A model generated the notes under the pieces. It was given only the letters and a program-made list of their open reading frames with translations, made no database searches and had not been told where the DNA came from. Positions 28,143 through 41,065 of a DNA stretch of 64,000 nucleotides are shown in pieces; position 1 is the first letter of the stretch, and every line of letters begins with the position of its first letter. The position numbers and the translations under genes are program-made. The stretch is from Dendrobates tinctorius. Taxonomy: Eukaryota. The stretch spans positions 44,826,001 to 44,890,000 of the forward strand of contig NW_027361714.1 of the NCBI RefSeq assembly GCF_039654945.1. The letters are read 5' to 3'.

Positions 28143-29748
28143 CAGTGGGGAAAAAAAGTATTTAGTCAGTCAGCAGTAGTGCAAGTTCCACCACTTAAAA
28201 AGATGAGAGGCGTCTGTAATTTACATCATAGGTAGACCTCAACTATGGGAGACAAACTGAGAAAAAAAAATCCAGAAAATCACATTGTCTGTTTTTTTTT
28301 CATTTTATTTGCATATTATGGTGGAAAATAAGTATTTGGTCAGAAACAAGCAATCAAGATTTCTGGCTCTCACAGACCTGTAACTTCTTCTTTAAGAGTC
28401 TCCTCTTTCCTCCACTCATTACCTGTAGTAATGGCACCTGTTTAAACTTGTTATCAGTATAAAAAGACACCTGTGCACACCCTCAAACAGTCTGACTCCA
28501 AACTCCACTATGGTGAAGACCAAAGAGCTGTCAAAGGACACCAGAAACAAAATTGTAGCCCTGCACCAGGCTGGGAAGACTGAATCTGCAATAGCCAACC
28601 AGCTTGGAGTGAAGAAATCAACTGTGGGAGCAATAATTAGAAAATGGAAGACATACAAGACCACTGATAATCTCCCTCGATCTGGTGCTCCACGCAAAAT
28701 CCCACCCCGTGGGGTCAGAATGATCACAAGAACGGTGAGCAAAAATCCCAGAACCACGCGGGGGGACCTAGTGAATGAACTGCAGAGAGCTGGGACCAAT
28801 GTAACAAGGCCTACCATAAGTAACACACTACGCCACCATGGACTCAGATCCTGCAGTGCCAGACGAGTCCCACTGCTTAAGCCTGTACATGTCCGGGCCC
28901 GTCTGAAGTTTGCTAGAGAGCATTTGGATGATCCAGAGGAGTTTTGGGAGAATGTCCTATGGTCTGATGAAACCAAACTGGAACTGATTGGTAGAAACAC
29001 AACTTGTCGTGTTTGGAGGAAAAAGAATACTGAGTTGCATCCATCAAACACCATACCTACTGTAAAGCATGGTGGTGGAAACATCATGCTTTGGGGCTGT
29101 TTCTCTGCAAAGGGGCTAGGACGACTGATCCGGGTACATGAAAGAATGAATGGGGCCATGTATCGTGAGATTTCGAGTGCAAACCTCCTTCCATCAGCAA
29201 GGGCATTGAAGATGAAACGTGGCTGGGTCTTTCAACATGACAATGATCCAAAGCACACCGCCAGGGCAACGAAGGAGTGGCTTCGTAAGAAGCATTTCAA
29301 GGTCCTGGAGTGGCCTAGCCAGTCTCCAGATCTCAACCCTATAGAAAACCTTTGGAGGGAGTTGAAAGTCCGTGTTGCCAAGCGAAAAGCCAAAAACATC
29401 ACTGCTCTAGAGGAGATCTGCATGGAGGAATGGGCCAACATACCAACAACAGTGTGTGGCAACCTTGTGAAGACTTACAGAAAACGTTTGACCTCTGTCA
29501 TTGCCAACAAAGGATATATCACAAAGTATTGAGATGAAATTTTGTTTCTGACCAAATACTTATTTTCCACCATAATATGCAAATAAAATGAAAAAAAAAC
29601 AGACAATGTGATTTTCTGGATTTTTTTTTCTCAGTTTGTCTCCCATAGTTGAGGTCTACCTATGATGTAAATTACAGACGCCTCTCATCTTTTTAAGTGG
29701 TGGAACTTGCACTATTGCTGACTGACTAAATACTTTTTTTCCCCACTG
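28143..29748 (+). mobile_element. Intact young Tc1 element, Passport/Eagle(Glan)-like
   Basis: TA TSD and ~205-bp near-perfect TIRs (CAGTGGGGAAAAAAAGTATTTAGTCAG...). Confidence 0.97.
28510..29532 (+). CDS. Tc1 DD34E transposase, 340 aa, uninterrupted
   Basis: Paired-like [34 protein letters not shown] with 34 aa between D and E. Confidence 0.95.
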   Translation: MVKTKELSKDTRNKIVALHQAGKTESAIANQLGVKKSTVGAIIRKWKTYKTTDNLPRSGAPRKIPPRGVRMITRTVSKNPRTTRGDLVNELQRAGTNVTRPTISNTLRHHGLRSCSARRVPLLKPVHVRARLKFAREHLDDPEEFWENVLWSDETKLELIGRNTTCRVWRKKNTELHPSNTIPTVKHGGGNIMLWGCFSAKGLGRLIRVHERMNGAMYREISSANLLPSARALKMKRGWVFQHDNDPKHTARATKEWLRKKHFKVLEWPSQSPDLNPIENLWRELKVRVAKRKAKNITALEEICMEEWANIPTTVCGNLVKTYRKRLTSVIANKGYITKY

Positions 29749-30263
29749 TATAGGCATCGTGGAGAAGTACTTTACAACACCCATAAGAGACAAGGGTTAC
29801 CAAAACCCTAGAATTTTAGGAGGGCAGATAAACTAGAAACTACTGGTAATAATATCTGGTAAACACATGATGTTGGTCCTCTATTATACTTCGCAACATG
29901 TTTGTCCGTTTTGAGTCTTCCTATATTAATACTTTCATCCGCCAACACCAGTCAATGGTATTCTAAGAGCTTTCCAGATAAGTAGAAATGTGGGCATGTT
30001 GCAAAAAGATAAGCCTAACATCAGTCTCTGGTGCTGTTAAAACATTGAAGATTACGGTAATTGGCAGACTTTGGTGTAATAAATAGTACCTTGTTCAAAA
30101 TACTGTTTTATTGGTTGCTTTCACTGTCTAAGAATATTCAGGACAAATTATAATAAATAATATTATATTAAAATTCTTACATTTCTTTCCTTCTAGACTT
30201 TACTATACTAACATAGTGGCTGGCGTCTACTGCACACTCTCTTTCATTTGGTCATTTGGCATT

Positions 30264-30477
30264 TTACTCATCCAGCTGAAATGCAATGTTTGTTTTTCCA
30301 ACATAGACTTGTTTCAAGGATTTCTTCTTTTTCGGCTTAACACTGCTCTCTTGCTTTGGTAAACCATGATTATTCAAGTCAGAACGTACAGGTGGTGGGA
30401 ATGTTGTCAGTAGATCCACAGGATGTGAAGCAAGTTCAGATGACTGTCTCATCTGCTGCATTTTCTGTCTCTGTTCA
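30264..30477 (-). CDS. Terminal coding exon of an unidentified host gene (EQRQKMQQ...GKTNIAFQLDE*)
   Basis: Acceptor TTTCTTTTAATAG, phase 2, 70 codons to TAA, non-repetitive; minus-strand AATAAA at ~30106-30111. Confidence 0.7.
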
Positions 30478-31942
30478 CTATTAAAAGAAACCATAAAATA
30501 CGTATCACTCTTAAGGCACTGGTAAAAGGGACGATAAATGACAGAATACACATTGTCATTTGAAAGGGAAACGGTCATCTGATTAATGATGCCCAAATCA
30601 CAGGGAGAAGGAATCAGATCCTGATTATGCGATTGCATCCAGGTATAATTCAGAGAAAATATAGTTTGACGATCTGGGCACCATAGCTACAGATGGGTCT
30701 GCCCAGTGCCACCCCCAGCTGGCTTCTCCCAGCAACACTCTAGGTGATCTACAGGTCTCTCCCATAGAGAGAGATCTGTCAACTCTATCAGAGCTGGGAA
30801 GAGACGAACGGTGACAGAACCAGGCTAGTCTTTTCTCAGCTATGGTCCCTGACTGGACTTATAATACATATTTAGTTCGTAACACCAGAGCTTTTAAGCG
30901 AAAAATAAACCTGGCTGCAATCACATAGGCTATGATTCATGCTGCATTTGGTATGGACAGCATCAAACATGTTACCTATAAAGGCAGTCTCTACTTTCTA
31001 ATCAAGTATCAATCTCAATTTCATAAATCAACATATACTGTATTTTTTTTTTTAACATTGGTTCCAGGAAGTTCCTGTTTTTTTATGTTTTCTGTGAATG
31101 AAGACTAATGCTTTTCCAGGGAGATACTCCATGTGATTATACATTGAAATAGTCAGAAAGAGCAAAGTTGATAACTATTTGGATACATAACAAAAAAGAG
31201 CTTTTTAATATAAAAGAAAAAAACCCGCTTTCAATAAAACTAAATTAAAAATGGTTGGAGCCATGCAGAATGGCATCGTAAGTCACATTTTCTCACAGGT
31301 TTTGCATCAGAGAAGATCAATTCAGACACTACCCATACAAGGCGGACAGTGTTCACGTAACCGCACAGCGCATACGCGGGATTACAGTGCCGATCAGGTC
31401 AGTATGACATTGATGGGAGGGGGTGATAGTATAATAAAATGATGAGGAAGTGATTTCTACCAGGCACCGCACGCCCCGGAGCCTGGAAGAAATCATTAAC
31501 ATAAAAGATTATATATCAATTTCTCAATGTCTACACTGCAGCTTTAAGACATACAGGTAAGACTGGTTTAACCATTCAATTACCTGTATGTCCATAGTAA
31601 TAGATAAAAATTGTCCAAGGTGGTGACAGATTCCCTTTAAGCCAAGATCAATAATGTACATTCATACGCTTTGTTTCTGTACAAAATCTACATTCTCCCA
31701 CTGCCTCCAACAGTTCACACTGTTGGTTGCTCTCTCACTTTCCTAAATAAAGTTATAATTTCACTCTGTACATAAGTTCTTACACTAAAAGAGCTTTTTA
31801 GTCTTAAGTTTGTGGCTGATGATCAAGCTAATACTACACATGATGGGGTGAAAATTATTTTCATCACATGAAGTCATCTACATATTTTAGAGTGTGCATA
31901 TTGATCTGCATTCATAGAATAGTGCTTGAGTAGGCACATCTA

Positions 31943-32496
31943 ATAAAAGGACTTTCACCAAATATTTCTTGTTGAACTGGACACACCATGTAATTATGAC
32001 TTCAGAGCGAAATAATTTTTTTTTTTTTTTAAATTATTATTTTGCTTCTCTATTGTGGAGATATTGGCAATCAAATATTTTGCACCTAATGGGTTAACTT
32101 CAATTAAGTCCAAGTGGGTATCATTAGATTTTTTTTTTTTACTGGGGGAAGGTACTTCCACCTCCTATATGACACTGACCAATGAAAAGCAGGCAGCAAC
32201 ATAGAAGTGCAGAAGAACCTGTGATGTCAACCGGGTCACATGACCTGAGTCCACACGTTCTGCCAGCTGGGGTGTACAGCCTAATTAAGCACTGAAGACA
32301 TATCACACCAGCCTAATAATATGCATTTGGACTTAACTAAAGTTAACTCTTTAGGAGGCAAATATTTGATTGCCAATATCTCTGCAACAAAGAGGCGAAA
32401 TATAGAATAAAAACAAACGTTTTATTCCACTCTGCATCCACTATTGGATGTAATGTCCAGTTCAACATAAAAAACATAGTAAAAGGTCCTCTTTAA
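31943..32496. mobile_element. Degraded Kolobok/T2-type palindromic MITE; related ends at ~13684 and ~31640
   Basis: AAAGGA...TCCTCTTTAA ends, internal inverted symmetry; GGTGACAG.TTCCCTTTAA termini at the other sites. Confidence 0.55.
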
Positions 32497-34205
32497 TAAT
32501 TTATCGACTTCCTCCATCCTTTCTTTAAGGGTATGCTCATACTAGCGTATAAAAAATGGGTCCCATTCTCATCCAGAAAAGTGGTACGATTTTTGTCTCA
32601 CTTGTCATCAGTGTGCTGTCCATATGCAATGTTTTTTTTTTTTTTACTCAACAGCTATTATTCTTTTACAGGACAATTTACAGTTTCCTATGCTACAGAA
32701 CCGTAAAAATCGGATCTTATACTGATGGTCCATATGTCATGAGATTTTTTTTTCTTGCACTGTACTAATTTCGGAGTGAACTGGCAGCATGTTGAATACA
32801 GCTGAGGAAAAATGCGCAGATCTGCACTGCCTCATTAAATATCATTGGTCCGAGTGCAATCCGATATTGTAACAGATTGCATTCGTCGGATTTATACAAT
32901 AGTTAGTAACACATCAAAAATGTTCAAAAAATGATCAAAAGGTGTACAAAAAAAAATAGTATCACTAAAAATGTCATCTCATCCTGCAAAGAATGAGGCC
33001 TCTCAAATTCAAATTTTTTCTATGTCGACCCATTTACGCAGCTGAGTTTGAGGCCCCCTGTACTAGTGTCAGAGAGCCTTAAAGAAATGGCAAGCACCTC
33101 CGGGCCTTTCAGTCATTTCACCTGAACAATTGATAATATAAATGAACAAGGGAGGAAGGAACACAAATAAAAGAACAAATTTATCTTATGGCAAATAATC
33201 CATAAATATTTTTGTAGCCTCTCATGACAGAATTAAAAATGGTATTTGTCTTTTTAAATACAGAAAACAGATTTCAACCAGCATTACTTGAATGTAGTCA
33301 CTATTATATGTACACAAATATACATTGTGGTTAGTAGAGAAATAAATATTAGGATTATTCTATTACTTCCTTTTTTATTTTACTCTTTTATGAAGGTTCG
33401 TTCACAACCATGTCACAGTTGGATAGGAAGAGTAATGGAAACCATAATAGATCTCACTGGAATTCAATGGGGTCAGTGCTGGTGGTATCCATCATATGAC
33501 TCAACTGGCACTATGTCATACATCAACATGGCACTAATGTGAACAAAACATTATTTGGGATGAAAGGGTGTCAGATTATAAAACTAAAATGGTAAAGGAA
33601 AGTGTCACACTGTGTGATTATGTCTAAATGTGGCCAATTGAGCAGAGCACACAGTAATGCTACTTATTTTGTGTTAAATAAATACATACCCCACCTCATC
33701 TAAGTTTATCTTTACTTATTTTACTCAGTTCTATTGCACCATTAATTTCCACGTACTTTACAGATATCATCACTATTACATTGGGGCTCACAATCTAAAT
33801 TCTCAAATCAGTATGTCTTTGGATGGTGGGAGGACACTGGAGTACGCAAACACGAGAACATACAAGCTTTTTGTAGATCATTGGTGGTGGGATTTGGACC
33901 CAGAAGTCCAGTGCTACAAAGCTATAGTGTTAAACACTGAACTGTAGTGCTGCCACGGCAGGCTTTATTCACAATTATTGGAAGTGTCAGGTAGTATTAG
34001 GTTATGTTCTTATAGCATGTCACCATCACATCAGTAGCTCTGTTGAGGCTTACGCCTGAAGTCCTTGAAATTGGAAATCAGACGTTTGCGTTGATAGGGC
34101 CCATTACTGTAAGGATGCAGACAGAGTCATTGTGTGCATTGTAATTCGACTAAATCCCATTTTCCAAGGTTTCAGACATAAACCCTAATCAGCCATGACT
34201 GTATA

Positions 34206-35607
34206 CAGTGCCTTGAAAAAATATACATACTGATTTTTTTTTCACACATTTTTTTACTTTTATACCCAAAAAAGTAAAGGAAAGGATACATGGTTTTGTA
34301 ATTATTTTCAAAATAAAAATCTTAAAATTGTGACCTACATTCATATTCAGCAGCTCTGAGTCAAATCTGTAGGACCACTTTTCACTGCTGCATATCTTTT
34401 GGAGTATGTCTCTACCAACTTTGAACATCTAGAAGTTAATATGTTTGCCCATTCTAGCTCAGTGAGATTGGATGGAGAGCATTTGTGAAGAGCAATTTTA
34501 AGGTCTTGCTACAGATTCTTAATGGGATTTAGGTCTGGATTGTGACTGGGCCATTCAAACAAATAGCTATGCTTTGCCCTAAATGATTCAATTGTAGCTC
34601 TGTCAGTATGTTTAGGGTCGCTGTCTTGCTGAAAGGTCAATTTACATCCCAGTCTCAAGTATTTTCCAGTCTCTAACCGGTTTTCCTCCAGGACTGCCCT
34701 GTATTTTTTCCCCATCAACTCTAACTAGCTTACCTGCCCCTGCTGAGGAAAAGCATTCCCACAGCATGATGCTGCCACTACCATGTTTAACAGTGAGAAT
34801 GGTGTTTTCAGGGTGATATGCAGTGTTAGTTTTCTGCCACATATGGCGTTTTGCTTTTAGCCCAAAAAGTTCTACTTTGGTCTCATCTGAATAAAGCATT
34901 GTCTTCTACATGCTAGCTCTGTGTCCCCTTAATGGCTTTTTGCAAACAAGACGTTTTATGGCTTGCTTTCAAAAAATGGCTTTCTTATTGCCACTATATC
35001 TCCATAGAGACCATCGGCCTATTGGCTGCTTCTCCAATTAATGCTCTTCTTGCTTGGGATTTCAGTTTAGATGGATGGTCATGTCTTGGTAGGTTTGCAG
35101 TTGTGTTATACGCCTCATTTTTGAATGATGGATTGAACAGTGCTTTGTGAGATGTTCAGAGCTTTGGCTATTTTTTGATAACCTAACCCTGCCTATCTCT
35201 TCTGCACAACTTTATTCTTGACAGGTCTGGTGTGTTCCTTAGATTTCATAATGCGGTTTGATCCTTAATGTTCTCAAACCAATGAGGCCTTCACAGAACA
35301 GTTGTAATAATACAGAGAATAAATTACACAGAGTTGGACTCAATTCAATAATTATGTGAATCATAGGGGCAATTGGTCACTCTGGATTTTAATTTAGGGG
35401 TATCAGACTACAGAGGGCTGAACAGAAATGCATATCACAATTTTCAAATTTTATTGGGAAAATAATTAGAAAACTATGTATCATTTCCTTTGTACTCCAC
35501 AAATGCTACTTTGTCTTAGTATATTAAAAAAAATTAATTTAGGTTTGCGGGTGTAACTTGAAAATGAGGAAAATGCCACAGGGTATGAATAATTTTTCAA
35601 GGCGCTA
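34206..35607 (-). mobile_element. Degraded Tc1 element
   Basis: TA|CAGTGCCTTGAAAAA TIR; [30 protein letters not shown]. Confidence 0.9.
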
Positions 35608-36022
35608 TAGTTCATTTTTACTATATAGAACATACAGTGGGGGGAAATAAGTATTTGATCCCTTGCTGATTTTGTAAGTTTGCCCACTGACAAAGACATG
35701 CACAGTCTATAATTTTAAGGGTAGGTTAATTTTAACATTGTATAAATTATATAAAAATATTTGCATTTTGCAGTGAGACATAAGTATTTGACCCCCTACC
35801 AACCATTAAAAGTTTTGGCTCCTACAGACTAGTTAGACTCTAATAATCAAATCGTTAGCTGCATCAAAGACAGCTGCCTTTACAAAAGACTCCTGTCCAC
35901 AGACTCAGTCAGTCAGACTCTAACCTCTACAATATGGACAAGACCAAAGCGCTTTCTAAGGATGTCAGGGACAAGATCATAGACCTGCATAAAGCTGAAA
36001 TGGGCTACAAAACCATAAGTAA

Positions 36023-37287
36023 AGGTACTGTCACACTTAGCGATGCACCAGCGATCCCGACCAGCGATATGACGCGGTCAGGATCGCTGGTGCATCGCTA
36101 AGTGGTCGCTAGTGAGCTGACACACAGGCAGATCTCACCAGCGACATCACTGGGGACGGGGGTCGCTACTTACCTGTCACACTAGGCGATCCTGCGTCCT
36201 CCCGCCCGGCTCCACGCTCGTCTCTCCACAGGAAGCGCTGCAGGAAGCTGACGACGAGAAACGGTCCAGCCTGTTCTCGCGCGATCAGCGATAAGCAGCG
36301 GGGGAGCGGTCGTAGGTAAGTATCACACACAGCGATATCTGTTATGAATATTTTTTCCTCCTCGGTGACACAAACAACAAGCTAAGTCTCAGAACACCAG
36401 AGAAGTTGGTATCTATGCAGATTGCAGGTCCCTGAACTTAACCGCACAACTAGCAGCAGTCGTGAAGCGTTCCTACGATGGTCCTAGATGCCTCGTCACA
36501 ACCGGAGAGCTACATAAGCCTAAAGCAGGAAGAGGAAAACTAACTGCCCCAGAGCAGACCCCAAAGGAAAGACAGCCCCCCACATGTATTGATGGTGAAA
36601 CAAGACGAAATTACAAACAAAGGCAGGAAAATAGGCTGAGCAAACGATGGGCCCCGGCTAACTAAACAGGACAGGAAAGGAAAGACACTGTCTGCAATCT
36701 GCCAAAAAAAACCTACAAAAATATCGTCCAACACTTCTGATAACAAAATTAACCCTGAAGTCACTAGACTTCTACACCTATATCAGCACTCTGAAATATT
36801 CTGAGACAGAGCAAAAAGAGGCCAATCCAATAAGGGACAAAAAGCAGCTTGGCAAATACTGATACATAGGAGTGGAAATTCAGCATAGCCCCAGCAGGGG
36901 CAGGCTGACCACACAAGAAACTGCACTGACCAACAAGCGCAAGTGTGAACAAAAGCAAAAAACAAACAACTTGAGAAGACTGGAAGAGAGCTGAAGTCCA
37001 GGACCTGAGAAGCAGACTGAATCACCAGCACAAGGATAGGGCGTCAGCTGTCTTATATCGAGTCTGATACTCCAGAGATCCAATCGTTATCTTCCTCATC
37101 AGGTGGCAGATCACTACCACTTAAACCAACCTCACTACCTCCTGTCACCACCAGAGGGAGAACGGGAGGGGAACTCTCAACTGGTGGAGCCGAAAATGAG
37201 TTCATAACAGATATCGCTAGCAATATCGCTATAACGTCACAAGTTATAGCGATATTGCTAGAGATATCGCTTAGTGTGACAGGCCCT
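36023..37287 (+). mobile_element. Harbinger/PIF-type MITE (family of 59375-60169), split by an LTR
   Basis: AGGTACTGTCACAC...GTGTGACAGGCCCT, 3-bp TAA/TTA flanks. Confidence 0.85.
36340..37209 (-). mobile_element. Solo LTR, same family as 20703-21559, 6-bp TSD GATATC
   Basis: TGTTATG...CATAACA termini; GATATC at 36334-36339 and 37210-37215. Confidence 0.9.
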
Positions 37288-38267
37288 TTAGACGCTGGGT
37301 GAGAAGGAGACAACTGGGGCACCATGCAAACCTCATCATCAACTACAAAAAACATCTGATTGCTGTGCTTGCCAACAAGGGTTTTGCCACCAAGTATTAA
37401 GTTTTGTTTTCCAGAGGGATCAAATACTTATTTCTCACTGCAAAATGCAAATACATTTAAATAATTTAAACAATGTAATTTTCTTGATTTTATTCTTGAT
37501 ATTCTGTCTCTCAATGTTAAAATTAACCTACCCTTAAAATTCTAGACTGTTCATGTCTTTGTCAGTGGGCAAACTTACAACATTAGCAAGGGATCAAATA
37601 TTATTTCCGCCACTGTATTAAGAAATTTTTATGCAGAAAGGCTATACAAAACTGAACTTTAGGCCAGTGATGTCTTTAGGAATGGACATCGAATGTAGAA
37701 TAGGGTAAGAACACCTTATAAACCTCAAACAACTAATATAGAATCCAACCGTAATAGCTAGATGTGTCGTACATTTGATGACATCTGTGCTACCATCATA
37801 AAACTAGTGAACACTATTGTTCATGGAAGCTACCACAGAGGAAACCACTGCACTCCAAAACACATCACAGCTTGTCGAATGTTTGCTAATGACCACCTGG
37901 ATATTTTACAATACTGAAGAACAATAGTTTGTGAATAGATGCAGATATTGCAGTTTTGGGAAACAGAAGGTATGCTGAGAGACAGAACTAGACTAAAATT
38001 TAGTACCAACAATGCATTGAGGAAACACAAAACTTGTTAAAAAATGATTCAAAATGCATAAGAAAATTAACATGATTGGAAATATGTTATCTAACTTTGC
38101 TTTAACATTATTTTACAGAGACCAATAGATCACAACTCCGTTTTTTGTTTAGGATGGCCTAGTCTGAATTCTGAATACAATACATTACATGTCTTGCATC
38201 AGACATCTCAAATACATATACAAAAATAAAATAATAGTGTAAAGTGGAGAATGCCGAAATACCTCTT

Positions 38268-38532
38268 TTTTTTTATATAGCGCTAACATATTCCGCAGCG
38301 CTTTACAATTTGCACACATTATCTTCACTGTCCCTGATGGGGCTCACAATCTAAATTCCCTATCAGTATGTCTTTGGAATGTGGGAGGAAACCGGAGTAC
38401 CCGGAGGAAACCCACGCAAACACAGGGAGAACACATACAAACTCCTTGCAGATGTTGTCCTTGGTGGGATTTGAACCCAGGACTCCAGCGCTGCAAGGCT
38501 GCAGTGCTAACCACTGAGGCACTGTGCTGCCC
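38268..38532 (-). mobile_element. tRNA-derived SINE with L2-like tail; decayed copies at ~2300-2400, ~33720-33955 and ~58310-58490
   Basis: Minus strand shows an A-box-like CCTCAGTGGTTAGCA, B-box GGTTCAAATCC, core GTTTGCGTGGGTTTCCTCCGG and tail GTAAAGCGCTGCGGAATATGTTAGCGCTATATAAA. Confidence 0.85.
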
Positions 38533-39094
38533 CACCTCTCTATGTCTACAAATGTGGGCTCTGTATTTCATTGCAAATATTAGTTACTAATAATCCATTG
38601 TAGAGAAGTCAGGTAGGCTATGGCTAAATCCCAGCTCTACAGGTTCTCACAAGATGACCTGGCTAGCATTGCATATAACTACACTAGCTGTTCTCCTTAG
38701 TCAGTTCAGAGAAGCTGACCAGACTAGTTGTGTCTTGGCGCTGAGGAGAAACAAGCCAGAATCCCTGTCTAAAAAAAAGTCTGCACAGGCCATGTACAGA
38801 GAACCTTAAGTAAAACTGGTTGCTATTGAAAATAGCCGTTTTGTTTGGTCGAGCTGGGGCTGGCTCAGCTGAGTAGGAGCAGCCAGGGTCTGTTCTGTTT
38901 AGTTAAAGCCTGGACAGGGAAAGAGGATTTATGTCTATGAGTTTATTTTTTTGCTGTTCAACCTTTGGAAAGCAATAAAAACTGCATGTTTGGACCAAAA
39001 CTGCACTGCTTGTGTGAACGCTACATAAGGCCTAATGCCTACCAAAGATAGTGAATGCCTACACAACATACACATTTTATATCAATATAATGCA

Positions 39095-41065
39095 CACCCT
39101 CACAGAAATCTTAAACACCTCAATCTACACTCACTGTCTGAATCCCTCCTCCCTTTTACAGACATAAGTTCCCTACACAATGCGGATGCCGCTGCCACTC
39201 TATACAACACCAGAATAGCTGCAGCTCTGGAATCGGTTGCCCCTCTCACACATACCAAAGCTCGTAAAATCAACAGACAGCCGTGGTACACCAGCCTGAC
39301 AAAAGAACTGAGACGAGCTTCCAGGGTTGCCGAGCAGAGATGGAAAAGATCACGCTCCAACGATGACTTCATCACATTCAAACTGTCCCTCACTACTTTC
39401 AAGGACACACTCCACCATTACAGAAGATTGACTCTCCACTCTACTCTCAAGATCACATCACACCACTTGTACACTTGACTCGATCCCATCCCACTTCATC
39501 CCAAACCTCACAACCGTCTTCATCCCAACACTAACCCATCTCTTCAACCTATCACTAACAACTGGTGATTTCCCCTCAAGCTTTAAACATGCCTCAATCA
39601 CACCTATCCTCAAAAACCCCTCTCTTGACTCATCCTCTGTATCTAGCTATCACCTTATATCACTTCTCCCCTATGCCTCAAAACTACTGGAACACGTCCA
39701 TCTTGAACTGTCCGCCCGCCTCTCTTCTTGCTCCCTCTTCAACCACCTACAATCTGGCATCCGGCCGCACCGCTCCACTGAAACTGCCCTAAGTAAGGTC
39801 ACCTATTATCCGCCAAGGCCAAGCAACATTACTCTGTCCTCCTCCTCCTGGACCTGTCCTCTGCCTTTGACACAGTGGACCATTCCCTATTATTACAGAC
39901 TCATCTCTTGGCATCACAAACTTGGCCCTATCTTGGATCTCGTCATACCTAACAGACCGGACATTCAGCATCTCCCACTCGCACACACCACCTCCTCACC
40001 TCTATGCTGATGACACACAGATCTACATCTGTGGACCAGATATCACCTCCCTACTAACCAGAATCCCACAATGTCTGTCTGCTATTTCATCCTTCTTCTC
40101 CGCTAGATTTCTAAAACTTAATATGGACAAAAGAGAATTCATCATCTTTCTCCCATCTCACTCGACCATCCCCCCAACGGACCCATCCATTAAAGTAAAT
40201 GGCTGCCCACTCTCCCCAGTCCCACAAGCTCGCTGCCTCAGGGTAATCCTTGACAATGATCTCTCCTTCAAACCACATATCCAAGCCCTTTCCACTTCAT
40301 GCAAACTTCAACTCAAAAATATTTCACGGATCCATACATTCCTCATCCAAGACTATGCAAAAACCTTAGTCCACACCCTCAACTCCCGCCTTGTCTACTG
40401 CAACCCCCTGCTCTGTGGCCTCCCCTCTATCACTCTCTTACCCCTCCAATCTATTCTATACTCTGCTGCCTGACTAATCCACCCGTCCCCCAGCTATTCC
40501 CCGGCCTCTCCCCTCTGTCAATCCCTGCACTGGCTCCCCATTACTCAAAGACTCCAGTTCAAAACCCTAACCATGGCATACAAAGCCATCTACAACCTTT
40601 GCCCTCCATACATCTGTAACCTCGTCTCCCGGTACTTACCCACACGCAACCGCCGATCCTCACAAGATCACCTTCTCTACCTCCCTCTTATCTCTTTTTC
40701 CCCACAATCACATTCAAGATTTCTCTTGCACATCACCCCTATTTTGGAACTCTCTACCACAACATATCAGACTCTCGCCTACAATGGAAAACTTCAAAAA
40801 GAACCTGAAGACCTCTCTCTTCCGACAAGCCTACAACCTGCAGTAACCACTGATTGACCAAGCCACTGCATGATCAGCTCTACCCTCGCCTCCTGTATCC
40901 TCACCCATCCCTTGCAGATTGTGAGCCCTCACGGGCAGGTTCATCTCTCCTCCTGTACGAGTTGCGACTTGCATTTTTTAAGATTACTGTACTTGTTTTT
41001 ATTATGTATACCCCTCCTCACATGTAAAGCGCCATGAAATAAATGGCGCTATAATAATTAATAAA
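39095..41065 (+). mobile_element. L2 LINE, degraded 3' part
   Basis: QPWYTSLTKELR, LDLSSAFDTVDH, HLYADDTQIY, LHWLP; tail GTAAAGCGCCATGAAATAAATGGCGCTATAATAA. Confidence 0.9.

Larger units (their letters stand above)
35635..37615 (+). mobile_element. Internally deleted Tc1 hosting a Harbinger MITE that itself hosts a solo LTR
   Basis: TA TSD, TIR CAGTGG.GGAAATAA; N-terminus [14 protein letters not shown] and C-terminus ANKGFATKY. Confidence 0.9.

Noticed and set aside
28419-29159. 246-aa antisense ORF
   Set aside because: Shadow of the Tc1 transposase on the opposite strand
30478-30638. N-terminal part of the 124-aa ORF 30264-30638
   Set aside because: Lies upstream of a good splice acceptor at 30478; likely intronic read-through
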